Source of the DNA: an uncultured Gemmatimonadales bacterium
Lineage (GTDB): Bacteria > Gemmatimonadota > Gemmatimonadetes > Gemmatimonadales > GWC2-71-9
Length of the DNA: 64,000 nucleotides
Assembly: GCA_963795085.1 (NCBI GenBank)
Contig: CAWCFX010000006.1
Coordinates: forward strand, 288,001 to 352,000
Reading direction: 5' to 3'
The first letter of the stretch is position 1, and each line of letters starts with the position of its first letter. Positions 37,300 to 47,828 of this stretch are shown piece by piece. The notes under the pieces are model-generated. The model made no database searches. It saw only the letters and a program-made list of their open reading frames with translations, and was not told where the DNA came from. A program made the translations under genes and the position numbers.

Positions 37300-38364
37300 A
37301 TGACTCGAGTGACCCTGCTGGCCGGCATGGCGCTGTGCGCCGCCGGTGCCCCCCTCCATTCTCAATCGCCGGAACGCTTCATTCTCAACGGCAACCGAAT
37401 CGCCATCTACAACATCGCCGGAAGGGTGACGGTGGGCCCCGCCGCCGGCAGCGCGGTAACCGTGGAAGTCACCCGGGCCGGTGCTCACGGCCGGCAACTG
37501 CGGGTGGATACCGGCGACATCGAGGGGTTCGCCACCCTGCGAGTCATCTATCCCGCCGGGGACATCCAGTACCAGGAGAACAACTGGAACGGTCAGACCC
37601 AGTTGCAGGTGCGGAGCGATGGCACCTTCGGTCAGGGCGGCGATTGGCGGGAACGAGACCGGGGGGAGCGGGTCCGGGTCAGCTCCCGGGGGGGCGGTGT
37701 GGACGCCCATGCCGACCTCCGGATCGGGGTGCCCGCCGGGAAAAACGTCAGCGTCTATCTCGGGGTCGGCGCGCTCACGGCTTCCAACGTCCAGGGTGAC
37801 CTCCGGCTGGATGCGTCCGCGGCCAACATCAGCGTGGAACGGCTGAAGGGAAGCATCGACCTCGATACCGGATCGGGAGATATCACGGCGGCCGGCATGG
37901 AGGGTGATGAATTGAACGTGGACACCGGGTCCGGCGACGTCCGGGTCACTGGCGCCAGCGGCCGCACCATCACCATCGACACCGGGTCCGGCGAAGTTAC
38001 CGGATCCGACATCACCGCGAACAGCCTGGATGTGGACACCGGATCCGGAGGTATCGACCTGACCGGGGTGCGCGCCCGCATTCTCCGCATGGACACCGGC
38101 AGCGGGGACATCAGCGTGGGCCTGCTGGGCGACACCGAGTTGATCGAGATTGACGCCGGGTCTGGCGATGTCACCGTGGGGGTGCCGGCGGGATTCGGGA
38201 GCGCGGTGAACCTGTCCACGTCCAGCGGAGATCTGCGGACCGACCTGGAGATCCAGGTGACACGGCGGAGCCGGGAGCACCTGGTGGGCCGCATCGGGGA
38301 CGGACAGGGACGGATGGCCATCGAAACCGGTTCGGGAGACATTCACATCCGTTCCTCCCGATAG
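37300..38364 (+). CDS. DUF4097-family beta-strand repeat protein
   Basis: Signal peptide; repeated DTGSG(D/E/G) units about every 20 aa. Confidence 0.88.
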   Translation: MTRVTLLAGMALCAAGAPLHSQSPERFILNGNRIAIYNIAGRVTVGPAAGSAVTVEVTRAGAHGRQLRVDTGDIEGFATLRVIYPAGDIQYQENNWNGQTQLQVRSDGTFGQGGDWRERDRGERVRVSSRGGGVDAHADLRIGVPAGKNVSVYLGVGALTASNVQGDLRLDASAANISVERLKGSIDLDTGSGDITAAGMEGDELNVDTGSGDVRVTGASGRTITIDTGSGEVTGSDITANSLDVDTGSGGIDLTGVRARILRMDTGSGDISVGLLGDTELIEIDAGSGDVTVGVPAGFGSAVNLSTSSGDLRTDLEIQVTRRSREHLVGRIGDGQGRMAIETGSGDIHIRSSR

Positions 38365-38373
38365 CCGGCGGGA

Positions 38374-39462
38374 TCAGGGCGCGGGAGATTCCGCCAGCGC
38401 CCGTTCGAGCGCCGCGTAGGCACTGTCGCCCTCGAGGCCGATGACCAGCCGGCCCAGCGAGGCGACGGCCGAATCCACCCGGGTGCCGTTCCGCTGGTAC
38501 CAGGCCTCGAACAGGTGCAGCCGGTCCCGGTAGATCCGGGCCGCGATGATCTGGGCGTTGTTGATCGGCCGCTCCGAGAGCCGGCCGACCCGATAGGTGA
38601 GGAGCCGGCTTCCGACCGGGCCCTCCAGCTGCCGGCGGGCCCAGACGGCGATCTCCGCCCGGCCGCTGATGGCCGCGGCGGAGTCCGGCTCGCGGTAGAG
38701 CGAGTCCAGCCGGGCCGCCAGGTCCCGGTAGTATTCGCCCAGCACGATCTCATCCTGCCACCGGGCGGCCGCCCGGCCGGCCGTCGCGGTATCCCCCCGC
38801 TCCCGAAAGAAGGCTTCGGCCCCCCGATAGCCCACCATCTGCGCGAAGCTCTCGTTGAAGGGGGTGGCGCTCTTCACGTACAGGGTATTGTGGGCGATCT
38901 CGTGCAGCACCAGCGCGGCCAGTTCCATGGTGTCCCGGCTCATCGCCGTGGACAGCAGCGGGTCGTTGAACCACCCCAGGGTGGAAAACGCCGCCGACGG
39001 GCGGAGATAGACGTCGTACCCCTCTCCCTCCAGCTTTTCCGCCGCGCGCCGCGCCATCTCGAAATCGAAGAAACCCTTGTAGGGGACCCGCCCTACGATG
39101 GGATACTTCCAGAGATGGGGACAGAGACAGTTCTTGGGAGATGCGGAAAGCACCAGCAGCAGGGTGTCCCGCCCAACGTCGGTATAGGCGGTGTAGGTCT
39201 CCCGGGCATCGAGGCCCAGCCGGGCCGCATAGTCCCGGGCGTCGAGCACCATCTGGAGGGAGGCGCGGGTGGTAGAATCGGTCTTCGGATTGGCCACCAG
39301 CCTGGCGATATCTGCGCGGGCCTGGAGGATCCGGGTTTCTTCAATCCCGGCCCGGGTGAGGTAGCGGACGTCCTCACTCGCGACATACGCCGTGGTGTAG
39401 CCGAGGAGGAGGGCACCGACGACAATGAGGAACATGCGGAGGACTCTACGCTTCCGGATCAT
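38374..39462 (-). CDS. Putative zinc aminopeptidase
   Basis: PIVGRVPYKGFF, AFSTLGWFNDP, HEIAH, FNESFA. Confidence 0.85.
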   Translation of the reverse strand: MIRKRRVLRMFLIVVGALLLGYTTAYVASEDVRYLTRAGIEETRILQARADIARLVANPKTDSTTRASLQMVLDARDYAARLGLDARETYTAYTDVGRDTLLLVLSASPKNCLCPHLWKYPIVGRVPYKGFFDFEMARRAAEKLEGEGYDVYLRPSAAFSTLGWFNDPLLSTAMSRDTMELAALVLHEIAHNTLYVKSATPFNESFAQMVGYRGAEAFFRERGDTATAGRAAARWQDEIVLGEYYRDLAARLDSLYREPDSAAAISGRAEIAVWARRQLEGPVGSRLLTYRVGRLSERPINNAQIIAARIYRDRLHLFEAWYQRNGTRVDSAVASLGRLVIGLEGDSAYAALERALAESPAP

Positions 39463-39516
39463 TGGTCATCAGCCATTGGTAATCGGTGAATAATAGCGCC
39501 TGGACCAATGACCAAT
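39460..39516. repeat. Degenerate heptamer array (ATTGGTC x4) with inverted units (GACCAAT x2)
   Basis: Lies between co-directional genes. Confidence 0.7.
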
Positions 39517-39534
39517 AGCGGATGCCCCACGCTC

Positions 39535-40413
39535 TTACGGCGTCCACCGCACCCCCACCCGGTGCACCTCGCCGCCGAGCCCCTGCCGTTTCTGGTAGGC
39601 GTAGTCGAGCCCGGCCCGGCCAAGCAGAATTCCGCCGCCGTAGGTCCAGGGTGATTGCCGGCTCGCCGCCGACTGGCCGCCATGCCCCGCCCGCACTACC
39701 ACGCCGACTCCGCTGATCACGGCGCCGGCCTCGACGCCGACGACGGTGCGGCGCGCCTGGTGCTCGGTCCAGATGGTCTCGATGGTGCCGAGCAGGCGGG
39801 CGGTGGTCTGGGGATCGGTGAAGTTCATCATGAACCCCAGCCGGTACCGGGTGGGCAGGAGCAGCGGATCGCCCGAGATGCGGTTCTCGCCCACATTCTG
39901 CACGCTGAAGCCGATCGCCGCGATGTCGAAGAGGGCAAGGGCCAGCCCGGCATCGGCGGTCATGGCGCGGCTGACCCGGCCGGTGGTGTCCTCGCTGGCC
40001 ACGTACTTGGCGGAACTCCCCAGCGCGATCAGTCCGAAGCGATAGACCGCCGACCCGACCCACATGAGGTTGGAGCTGATGGCCGCGGAATCGGTAAACT
40101 GGATGTAGCTTCCGCCGCCGCCCAGGTTGAAAGGGCCGAGGCGGAGCGCAGCCGAGGCGGAGCCCTGCACCGTCTTGTCGGGATAGTACTGAAAGGATCC
40201 TTCCAGGCTCAGCAGTTTCATCGGTGCGAGCCCGGCGGGGTTGCTGAAGACGGATCCCGCGTCTCCGATCAAGGCCGCCCCAGCCCCGGCCATGGCGGCT
40301 TGCCGCACCGACGCAGGGAGACTCAAGACCAGAGGCGGCTCAGTGTTCTGCTGGCCCCGGAGCCCCGGTGCCGTCAGGCTCACCAGCAAGGGGGCCAGCC
40401 GCCATGCCCTCAC
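39535..40413 (-). CDS. Outer-membrane beta-barrel, PorV/PorQ-like
   Basis: SVRQAAMAGA..DAGSVFSNPAGL N-terminal motif, DYAY..HRVGVRW C-terminus. Confidence 0.65.
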   Translation of the reverse strand: MRAWRLAPLLVSLTAPGLRGQQNTEPPLVLSLPASVRQAAMAGAGAALIGDAGSVFSNPAGLAPMKLLSLEGSFQYYPDKTVQGSASAALRLGPFNLGGGGSYIQFTDSAAISSNLMWVGSAVYRFGLIALGSSAKYVASEDTTGRVSRAMTADAGLALALFDIAAIGFSVQNVGENRISGDPLLLPTRYRLGFMMNFTDPQTTARLLGTIETIWTEHQARRTVVGVEAGAVISGVGVVVRAGHGGQSAASRQSPWTYGGGILLGRAGLDYAYQKRQGLGGEVHRVGVRWTP

Positions 40414-42065
40414 TGAATTCTCACCACGGCCAGCCGGGGAACCAGGGAGGAGAAACCGTTATCGCCTTTGAGCTGGAGGTCTAGGGGAGCCCCATTGGCC
40501 CCCTGGATTACCAGGACATGCTTGCCCGATCCGCCCCGGAGAAAACCGGTGCTGGCGTAGACTCCGGTGGTAATACTGTCCGGTTTGAGCGGATAGGAGG
40601 CCCCCAGCGACTGGAAGGTGGCCTTGAGGTCCCAGCTTTTATAGCGGAGCCGGCCCGTGGGGTCGAGGAAGGCCCCTATCTGCTCCGCGTAGTTGGCCAT
40701 CTGCCATTGGCCCACCAGCTGGTCAAAGGCCTGTCCCGTGACAGCGGCGACATTGACGGCGCCCACCTGACTGGTCCGCACCAGGCTGCGGGTCAGGTCG
40801 GTGCCGAGGATGGTGTCGGCGGCCTCCTGGTCGGCCAGCCAGCGCACGAAGAGCCACGAGGCGCCGCGCTCCCGAAGCGTGCCGAACGAAGGCGCCGGAT
40901 AAACCAGGAACGACAACTGTGGATTGGTGAGATAATCGAATCCGTTGCTCAGGTTGCTGAAGGCGAACTGGTCGAGGCAGCCGTTGAAACCGGGACACTG
41001 GGCATCGGGAATCTGCCGACCCGCCAGTTCTTCGGCGAAGTGGGACAACCCCTCGTTCAGCCAGGTCTGCTCCGCGCTGCCTCCTCGCACCAGCACGTGC
41101 TGGTTGAAGCTGATCATGTGCTGCAGTTCGTGCACCAGTACCGGCGGCAGGTTGTCGAAGACAAAGTCCTTGCTGGCGGCGCAGCTGGCCGCGGTGGGGT
41201 CCGGCACCAGGCCGTAAAAGACCTCGCCGCCGTTGGAGTTGGGATCGCTGACCAGGTCCAGCCCGAAGAAATAGCCGAGGATGATGGAGCCGTCGCTGCA
41301 GGTCCCGCTCAGGTCATTCACCGCGTCGGTCAGCAGCACCACCACCACGCCGTTTCCGTCAAGATCGGATTCCCGGCCGAAGGCGGTCGTGTCAATCTCG
41401 TACAAGTTGGGCGAGGGACCGTCGAAAAGTGCCCCCAGCGAATCAATGTCCGCCTGGGTCAGCCCGCCGGCGGGCACCGTGTTGTCGAGATAGATGGCTC
41501 CCCGGGGGCCCACGAAACGGGCGGTCGCGGCCACGTTCACGAAGCTGTTGGACCGGCAGTTGACGTCCCCGCAGACCTTGAACGTGTCCTGGGACCCGAC
41601 CACCGGCGGCAACCGGCGCAGGGCACTGGCGGCGGGGAGGCGGTTCGAGGCGTCGCGGGAGAGTTCCCGCTCCCGCTCCCGCAGTCCGGCATGGAAACTG
41701 GCCGCCCGGCTGGCGGGCGCCGCCGGAGAGAAGTCCGGTCCGGCTGCCGGGGGAACCGCCGAGGCGACCGACTGGGTACTGAACGCGAAGGGGCCGGTGA
41801 CGCCGGTCTGGGTCTCGGATCCGGCCCCGGAATAGGCCACCACCAGGTGCCGGGCCCCACCCCCGCCGGCGGCCGGCAGCCGGATGCAACCCGCGTTGAC
41901 CGTGGCGCTTAACACCACGGACTCGCCCGGATTGAGCGAGACCGGGGTGCTGGCAGTGCAGTCCACCCCAGGCTGGATCGGCGAGGGACCCGGATCGGAG
42001 CAGGCCACAGCGGCCAGCGCAACCAGTGCCAGGGCCGGGGAAAGGCGGCGGCAAAAGGGCTCCAC
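40410..42065 (-). CDS. Lipoprotein zinc metallopeptidase (M30-like)
   Basis: VAC lipobox, GYFF, HELQHMI, WLNEGLS. Confidence 0.75.
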   Translation of the reverse strand: MEPFCRRLSPALALVALAAVACSDPGPSPIQPGVDCTASTPVSLNPGESVVLSATVNAGCIRLPAAGGGGARHLVVAYSGAGSETQTGVTGPFAFSTQSVASAVPPAAGPDFSPAAPASRAASFHAGLRERERELSRDASNRLPAASALRRLPPVVGSQDTFKVCGDVNCRSNSFVNVAATARFVGPRGAIYLDNTVPAGGLTQADIDSLGALFDGPSPNLYEIDTTAFGRESDLDGNGVVVVLLTDAVNDLSGTCSDGSIILGYFFGLDLVSDPNSNGGEVFYGLVPDPTAASCAASKDFVFDNLPPVLVHELQHMISFNQHVLVRGGSAEQTWLNEGLSHFAEELAGRQIPDAQCPGFNGCLDQFAFSNLSNGFDYLTNPQLSFLVYPAPSFGTLRERGASWLFVRWLADQEAADTILGTDLTRSLVRTSQVGAVNVAAVTGQAFDQLVGQWQMANYAEQIGAFLDPTGRLRYKSWDLKATFQSLGASYPLKPDSITTGVYASTGFLRGGSGKHVLVIQGANGAPLDLQLKGDNGFSSLVPRLAVVRIQ

Positions 42066-42123
42066 GAATGGCCTCGAATGAAAGGTGGGGAAACAGCTCT
42101 AAAATAAGGCGCCACAACAGCTT

Positions 42124-42152
42124 TTGACAATTCTACCACCGGCGGATAGCTT
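42124..42152 (+). promoter_or_regulatory. Sigma70 promoter upstream of dnaE
   Basis: TTGACA-N17-TAGCTT. Confidence 0.7.
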
Positions 42153-42218
42153 CCCACAGAGGAAAGCGGGAACCCTCTCCGATTCCCCGCGGAATCCCAC
42201 GGCCATACAGCTTAACGA

Positions 42219-45200
42219 ATGTCTTTCGTCCATCTCCACACCCATAGTGAATTTTCCCTGCTGGACGGAGCCAACCGCATCCCGGAGCTGGTCAGCCACG
42301 TCAAGAAGCTGGGGATGGACAGCCTCGCCGTCACCGATCACGGCAATCTCCACGCCGCCTGGAGCTTCTACGAGGCGGCCCGGGCCCACGGCATCCGGCC
42401 AATCCTGGGTTTCGAGGCGTACCTGGCCTTTGGGCCACGGACCGCGCAGGCCCGGCCCCAGTGGGCCCCCGCGGCCTACAGCCACCTGGTGCTGCTGGCC
42501 CAGAACCAGGCCGGCTACAAGAACCTGATCCGGCTCTCGTCTATCGGCTTCACCGAGGGGTTTTACCGCCGCCCCCGGATCGACAAGGACGTGCTGGCCC
42601 AGTACTCCGAGGGGATCGTCTGCCTGGCGGCCTGCCTCTCGGGCGAGGTGGCCCTCTGGCTTCGGCAGGGCAAGCTGGACGAGGCGAAGAAATCCGCCGA
42701 GTGGTTTGCCACCACGTTTGGGAAAGACCGGTTCTGGCTCGAGATCCAGAAACACGGGATCCCGGAGGAGGACCTGGTCACCGAGGGCATGCTGCGGCTG
42801 GGCCGGGAACTGGGCATCGGCGTGGTGGCCACCAACGATGCCCATTACCTCCGCCGGGAGGACGCCGAGGCGCATGATGTGCTCCTCGCCATCGGCACCG
42901 GCGCCGACCTGGACGACCCCAAGCGATTCCGGTTTACCGGGCAGGAATCCTACGTCAAGTCGGAAACGGAGATGCGGGAGCTGTTTCCGGAGCACCTGGA
43001 GACGCTGGAAAACACCCAGGCGGTCGCCAACCTCTGCGAGTTCAGCTTCGAGAAGAAGTACTTCCTGCCCCAGTTTCCCCGGCCCAAGGACTACTCGGAC
43101 GACGCAACCCTGCTGGCCGATCTCGCCACGGCGGGGACCGAAGTGCGGTACGGCACTCCGCTGCCGGCCCCGGTCCGGGAACGCCTCGAGTTCGAGCTGG
43201 GCGTGATCAACACGGCGGGCTACGCCGGGTATTTCCTGATCGTGCAGGACTTCATCGCGGCGGCGCGGGCCCGCGGCATCCCGGTGGGGCCGGGCCGCGG
43301 TTCCGCCGCCGGCTCGATCGTCGCCTATGCCCTCGGCATCACCAACGTGGACCCGCTGAAGTTCGACCTTCTCTTTGAGCGGTTTCTCAACCCCGAGCGG
43401 GTGTCCATGCCGGATATCGACGTGGACTTCTGCTTCGAGCGGCGGGGCGAGGTCATCGAGTACGTGCGGGAACGCTATGGGCGGGAGAGCGTCGGCCAGA
43501 TCATCACCTTCGGGACGTTGAAGGCCCGGGCCGCGCTCAAGGACGTCGCCCGGGTGCTAAAGATCCCGCCCGGGGAAGCCGACAAGATCACCAAGCTGAT
43601 TCCTTCGGGCCCCGCCTACAGCCTCACCATCAGCGAGGCCATGAAAAAGGTGGACGAGCTGCGGGACCTGGCCCGGGAGAACCCGCTCTACCGCCGGCTG
43701 GCTGATCTCGGGTCCCGGATTGAAGGCATCTCCCGGCATGCCTCGGTGCACGCGGCCGGCGTGGTGATCGCCCCGGGCCCCCTTTCCGATTATGTGCCGG
43801 TCTGTACCGCCCCCACCAAGGGCGCCGGGCAGACCGCGGGGGGCGAGGACGCGATCATCACCCAGTACGACATGGTCGCGCTGGAGAAGGTCGGCATGCT
43901 CAAGATGGACATGCTCGGCCTCAAGACGTTGACGGTGATCCACGATGCCGTGCACATGGTCAAGGACCGCCACGGCACCGCGCCGGACATGGACGCCCTC
44001 GGCGAGTTCGACGATCCCGCGGTCTATGCCCTGCTCCGCCGGGGCCGCACCAGCGGGGTCTTCCAGTTCGAGTCGCCGCTGGCGACCGAGACGCTCCGCA
44101 ACATGAAGTGCGACCGTTTCGACGACCTGGTCGCCTCCAACGCGCTGCTGCGGCCGGGCCCGCTCGACACCGGGATGCACCTGGTGTTCATCAAGCGGAA
44201 GCTGGGCCAGGAAGAGGTCCGCTACCCGCACCCCTCGCTCCGGGAAGTGCTGGAGCCGACCTATGGCGTCATCACCTACCAGGAACAGGTGATGCGGATC
44301 GCCAACATCATCGCCGGGTTCTCGCTCGCCGAAGCCGACGTGCTGCGGAAGGCGGTCGGCAAGAAGGACGCGGAGCTGATCAAGAAGGAACTGGGCAAGT
44401 TCGTGGAGCGGGCGGTCGCGCTCAAGATCGACCGGCGGCTGGCCGAGGACCTCGCGGGCCAGATCGAGACCTTCGGCCGCTACGGCTTCAACAAGTCGCA
44501 CTCGGTGGCCTACTCGGTCCTGAGCTACCAGACCGCCTGGCTCAAGACCCACCACCCGGCCGAGTTCATGGCGGCGCTGCTCAGCTCGGAAATCGGCAAC
44601 ACCGACAAGGTGGTCCAGTACATCAACGAGGCCCGGGAACTGGGGCTCGAGGTGCTGCCCCCCAGCGTCAACGAGTCGGGCTTCAAGTTTACCGTGGTGG
44701 GCGAGACCCGGATCCGGTTCGGGCTGGGTGCGGTGCGAAACGTGGGCTGGGGCGCCATCGAATCCATCATCCACGCCCGGCACGAGGCGCCCTTTACCAG
44801 CCTGACCGACTTCGTCGAGCGGATCGACCTGCGACTCTGCAACAAGCGGGTGCTGGAGTCGCTGGTGGCGGCCGGGGCCTGCGACGCCCTGGGGGGGCAC
44901 CGGGCCCAGATGGTCGCAGCCCTTGATGCGGTGCTCGCCGAAGCGCAACTTCAGCAGCAGGAACGGGACGCGGGGCAGGCCTCGCTCTTCGGGGAGGCGC
45001 TCCCGGTGGCCCAGTCCCGCGGGGCGGTGCTGCCGGAGATTCCCGACTGGTCCGAGGCCGAGCGGCTGACCCGGGAAAAAGAGGTGATCGGCTTCTTCAT
45101 CTCGGGCCACCCGCTGGAGCGGTTCCGCCACGAGGTCGAGCTGTTCGGCAGCCGGACCACGGCGACCCTGGGCGAATGGAGCGAGCACCAGATCACCGTG

Positions 45201-45704
45201 GCCGCCGTGGTCACCATGGTGAAGCGGCAGATCTCCAAGAAGACCGGAAAGGAATATGCCCGGCTGGTGGTCGAGGATTTCCACGGCACCGCCGAAGCGC
45301 TGGTCTTTCCCGACGCCTGGGCCAAGCTCAACCAGGTCATCCGGGAGGATGTCCCGGTGCTGCTCACCGGCGGCTTCAGCCCCCGGGACCGGGGCGAGGA
45401 GCGGGCGCCGTTCGTGGTCGAGGGGGCCTCCCCGCTGGACCAGCTCAAGGGCTCGGGGGCGATCGGGCTGAGCCTCCGGTGGCGGACGCCCGAGGCGCCC
45501 CCCTCGGAGCAGGTCCGGGCGGCGGTGGCCCTCTGCAGCAAGCACCCGGGACCGGTCCCGCTCTATATTGAATGGTCTGACGGCAATGGCGAATCCCTGC
45601 GTCTCCGCTCCCGGCGCGTCCGGGTGGCGGCCGACGATGACCTGCTGCAGGGTCTGCGCGACCTCCTGGGGCCGGTCTCCGTGTCCTACGTCAAGGCGGG
45701 ATAA
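42219..45704 (+). CDS. dnaE: DNA polymerase III alpha subunit
   Basis: PHP HLHTHS, GRGSAAGS, FERFLNPER, PDIDVDF, YGFNKSHS; no intein seen. Confidence 0.98.
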   Translation: MSFVHLHTHSEFSLLDGANRIPELVSHVKKLGMDSLAVTDHGNLHAAWSFYEAARAHGIRPILGFEAYLAFGPRTAQARPQWAPAAYSHLVLLAQNQAGYKNLIRLSSIGFTEGFYRRPRIDKDVLAQYSEGIVCLAACLSGEVALWLRQGKLDEAKKSAEWFATTFGKDRFWLEIQKHGIPEEDLVTEGMLRLGRELGIGVVATNDAHYLRREDAEAHDVLLAIGTGADLDDPKRFRFTGQESYVKSETEMRELFPEHLETLENTQAVANLCEFSFEKKYFLPQFPRPKDYSDDATLLADLATAGTEVRYGTPLPAPVRERLEFELGVINTAGYAGYFLIVQDFIAAARARGIPVGPGRGSAAGSIVAYALGITNVDPLKFDLLFERFLNPERVSMPDIDVDFCFERRGEVIEYVRERYGRESVGQIITFGTLKARAALKDVARVLKIPPGEADKITKLIPSGPAYSLTISEAMKKVDELRDLARENPLYRRLADLGSRIEGISRHASVHAAGVVIAPGPLSDYVPVCTAPTKGAGQTAGGEDAIITQYDMVALEKVGMLKMDMLGLKTLTVIHDAVHMVKDRHGTAPDMDALGEFDDPAVYALLRRGRTSGVFQFESPLATETLRNMKCDRFDDLVASNALLRPGPLDTGMHLVFIKRKLGQEEVRYPHPSLREVLEPTYGVITYQEQVMRIANIIAGFSLAEADVLRKAVGKKDAELIKKELGKFVERAVALKIDRRLAEDLAGQIETFGRYGFNKSHSVAYSVLSYQTAWLKTHHPAEFMAALLSSEIGNTDKVVQYINEARELGLEVLPPSVNESGFKFTVVGETRIRFGLGAVRNVGWGAIESIIHARHEAPFTSLTDFVERIDLRLCNKRVLESLVAAGACDALGGHRAQMVAALDAVLAEAQLQQQERDAGQASLFGEALPVAQSRGAVLPEIPDWSEAERLTREKEVIGFFISGHPLERFRHEVELFGSRTTATLGEWSEHQITVAAVVTMVKRQISKKTGKEYARLVVEDFHGTAEALVFPDAWAKLNQVIREDVPVLLTGGFSPRDRGEERAPFVVEGASPLDQLKGSGAIGLSLRWRTPEAPPSEQVRAAVALCSKHPGPVPLYIEWSDGNGESLRLRSRRVRVAADDDLLQGLRDLLGPVSVSYVKAG

Positions 45705-45707
45705 CTG

Positions 45708-46670
45708 ATGGCGACTGCGTATACGCTGGAATTCGAGAAGCCCCTCCAGGAACTGGAACGGCAGATCGAAGACCTCAAGCGCATCGGCACCGAGCGATCC
45801 ATGGACATCGACGGCGAGCTCGCCGCCCTGCAGACCCGGCTGGAATCGCTACGGGACGAGATCTACCGCAACCTCACGCCAATCCAGCGGGTGATGGTGG
45901 CCCGGCACCCCCGGCGGCCCTACAGCCTGGACTACCTGAGTTCGATCTTCACCGATTTCATCGAACTCCACGGCGACCGGCTCTACCGCGACGACCCCGC
46001 CATCGTCGGCGGCTGGGCCAGGCTGGACGGCGTCTCGGTGATGGTCATCGGCCACCAGAAAGGCCGGGACACCAAGGAGAATCTCAAGCGCAACTTCGGC
46101 ATGGCCCACCCCGAGGGCTACCGCAAGGCGCTCCGGCTGATGCACCTGGCGGCCAAGTTCAACGCCCCGATCATCACCCTGATCGACACGCCGGGTGCCT
46201 ATCCCGGGCTGGGGGCCGAAGAGCGGGGACAGTCCGAAGCGCTGGCCCGGAACATCGTGGAGATGGCGTCCCTGGCCACGCCCTGCGTGGCGGTCGTCAT
46301 CGGGGAGGGAGGCTCCGGCGGCGCCCTGGCCCTCGGGGTCGCCGACCGGATCCTGATGCTGGAGAACTCAGTCTATTCGGTGATCTCCCCCGAGGGCTGC
46401 GCCGCCATCCTGTGGAAAGACGCCGCCCAGCGGGAGCGGGCCGCGGACGCGCTCAAGCTGACGGCCGAGGACCTGATCCGCTTCAAGGTGATCGACGAGA
46501 TCATCCCGGAGCCGCCCGGCGGCGCCCACCAGGACCCCGAGGCCACCGGCGAAGCGCTGCGCACCGCCCTGATCCGGCACCTCACCGAGTTGCGCAAGGT
46601 CAAGCCGGAAAAGCTGGTGCGCCGGCGGGCCGACAAGTTCGCGGGAATGGGTGCGTTTACGGAGGCGTAG
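45708..46670 (+). CDS. accA: Acetyl-CoA carboxylase carboxyltransferase alpha
   Basis: [37 protein letters not shown]. Confidence 0.97.
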   Translation: MATAYTLEFEKPLQELERQIEDLKRIGTERSMDIDGELAALQTRLESLRDEIYRNLTPIQRVMVARHPRRPYSLDYLSSIFTDFIELHGDRLYRDDPAIVGGWARLDGVSVMVIGHQKGRDTKENLKRNFGMAHPEGYRKALRLMHLAAKFNAPIITLIDTPGAYPGLGAEERGQSEALARNIVEMASLATPCVAVVIGEGGSGGALALGVADRILMLENSVYSVISPEGCAAILWKDAAQRERAADALKLTAEDLIRFKVIDEIIPEPPGGAHQDPEATGEALRTALIRHLTELRKVKPEKLVRRRADKFAGMGAFTEA

Positions 46671-46751
46671 CCCGGTATCATTCGCCGATCGGCGATCAGT
46701 CATGGGCGCATGACTGATCCATGCAATTCTGTCATCGTCAAAGCCTACCCC

Positions 46752-47801
46752 ATGCAAACCGTCGAAGTCCGCTTCAAGGGCAACCGCAAGGCCTTCTTCT
46801 CCTGGGAGAACGAAGCCGAGCCGCTGCATCTCGCCGAGCCGGTGATCGTCGAGGCGGAGCGGGGGCTGGACTTTGGCCGGGTCAACAGCGTGGGGGACAC
46901 GGCCGAGAAGAAATGCACCAGCTGCGCCACGGGGTGCGGCACCGGCGAGGGCGAGAAGGCTGCCCCGGTCGTGCGGCCGGTGGCCCGGCGGGCCAGCCAG
47001 GAGGAGATCCGTACCGCCAACGAGCTCCGCAAGAGCGAGGAAGAGGTCCGCCGCAAGGTCATCGCCCGGGTGCAGGAGCACCAGCTCCAGATGAAGGTGA
47101 GCGACGCCGAGTGGCAGTGGGACCGCAACAAGCTCACCGTGTACTTCACCGCCGAGAAGCGGGTGGATTTCCGGGCGCTGGTACGAGACCTGGCGTCCCA
47201 GTTCCGGACCCGGATCGAATTGCGGCAGATCGGGGTGCGGGACGAAGCCGCCCGGCTGACCGGGGTGGGCCGCTGCGGCCGGGAATACTGCTGCTCCACC
47301 TGGCTGACCGAACTGAGCCCGGTCAACCTGAGCCTGGCCAAGGACCAGCATCTGTCGCTCAACCCGCAGCAGATCAGCGGCGGCTGCGGGCGCCTGCTCT
47401 GCTGCCTCAAATACGAGCACGACTTCTACGTCACCGCCCGGCGCCGGTTCCCCAAGGAAGGAAAGACCCTGACCACCACGGTAGGCCCCGAGAAGGTGGT
47501 CGCGGTGGACATCTTCCGCGAGCGGGTGTTCCTCCGCCATGAAGAACATGGTCCCCGCATCATCACCCTGGTGCAGCTCAAGGAGGAACTGGAGAGCGCC
47601 GGGAGCGAACCGCTTCCGGTGCTCGATATCCGTCCGGCGCCCTCGACCCCGCGGGAACGGCCAGCAGACGCCGCGCCGCCCGAACCGGCGCCCCCGGCGG
47701 GGGCAGCCCCCCGGCGGCGGCGACGGGGCCGCCGGGGCCGGGGCGGCGGCGGTGGCGGTGGCGGTGGCGGCGCGAACGGTGGCCCCGCCAGCCAGAACTG
47801 A
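46752..47801 (+). CDS. ricT: PSP1/YaaT (RicT) family Fe-S protein with low-complexity tail
   Basis: RVDFRALVRDLA, RIELRQIGVRDEA, CGREYCC, GGCGRLLCCLKYE. Confidence 0.88.
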   Translation: MQTVEVRFKGNRKAFFSWENEAEPLHLAEPVIVEAERGLDFGRVNSVGDTAEKKCTSCATGCGTGEGEKAAPVVRPVARRASQEEIRTANELRKSEEEVRRKVIARVQEHQLQMKVSDAEWQWDRNKLTVYFTAEKRVDFRALVRDLASQFRTRIELRQIGVRDEAARLTGVGRCGREYCCSTWLTELSPVNLSLAKDQHLSLNPQQISGGCGRLLCCLKYEHDFYVTARRRFPKEGKTLTTTVGPEKVVAVDIFRERVFLRHEEHGPRIITLVQLKEELESAGSEPLPVLDIRPAPSTPRERPADAAPPEPAPPAGAAPRRRRRGRRGRGGGGGGGGGGANGGPASQN

Positions 47802-47828
47802 ATTCTCTCCTCCACCGGGATTTCCACG

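Noticed and set aside
42219..45704. Intein or insertion in dnaE
   Set aside because: Normal length (1161 aa) and no splice-junction or endonuclease motifs
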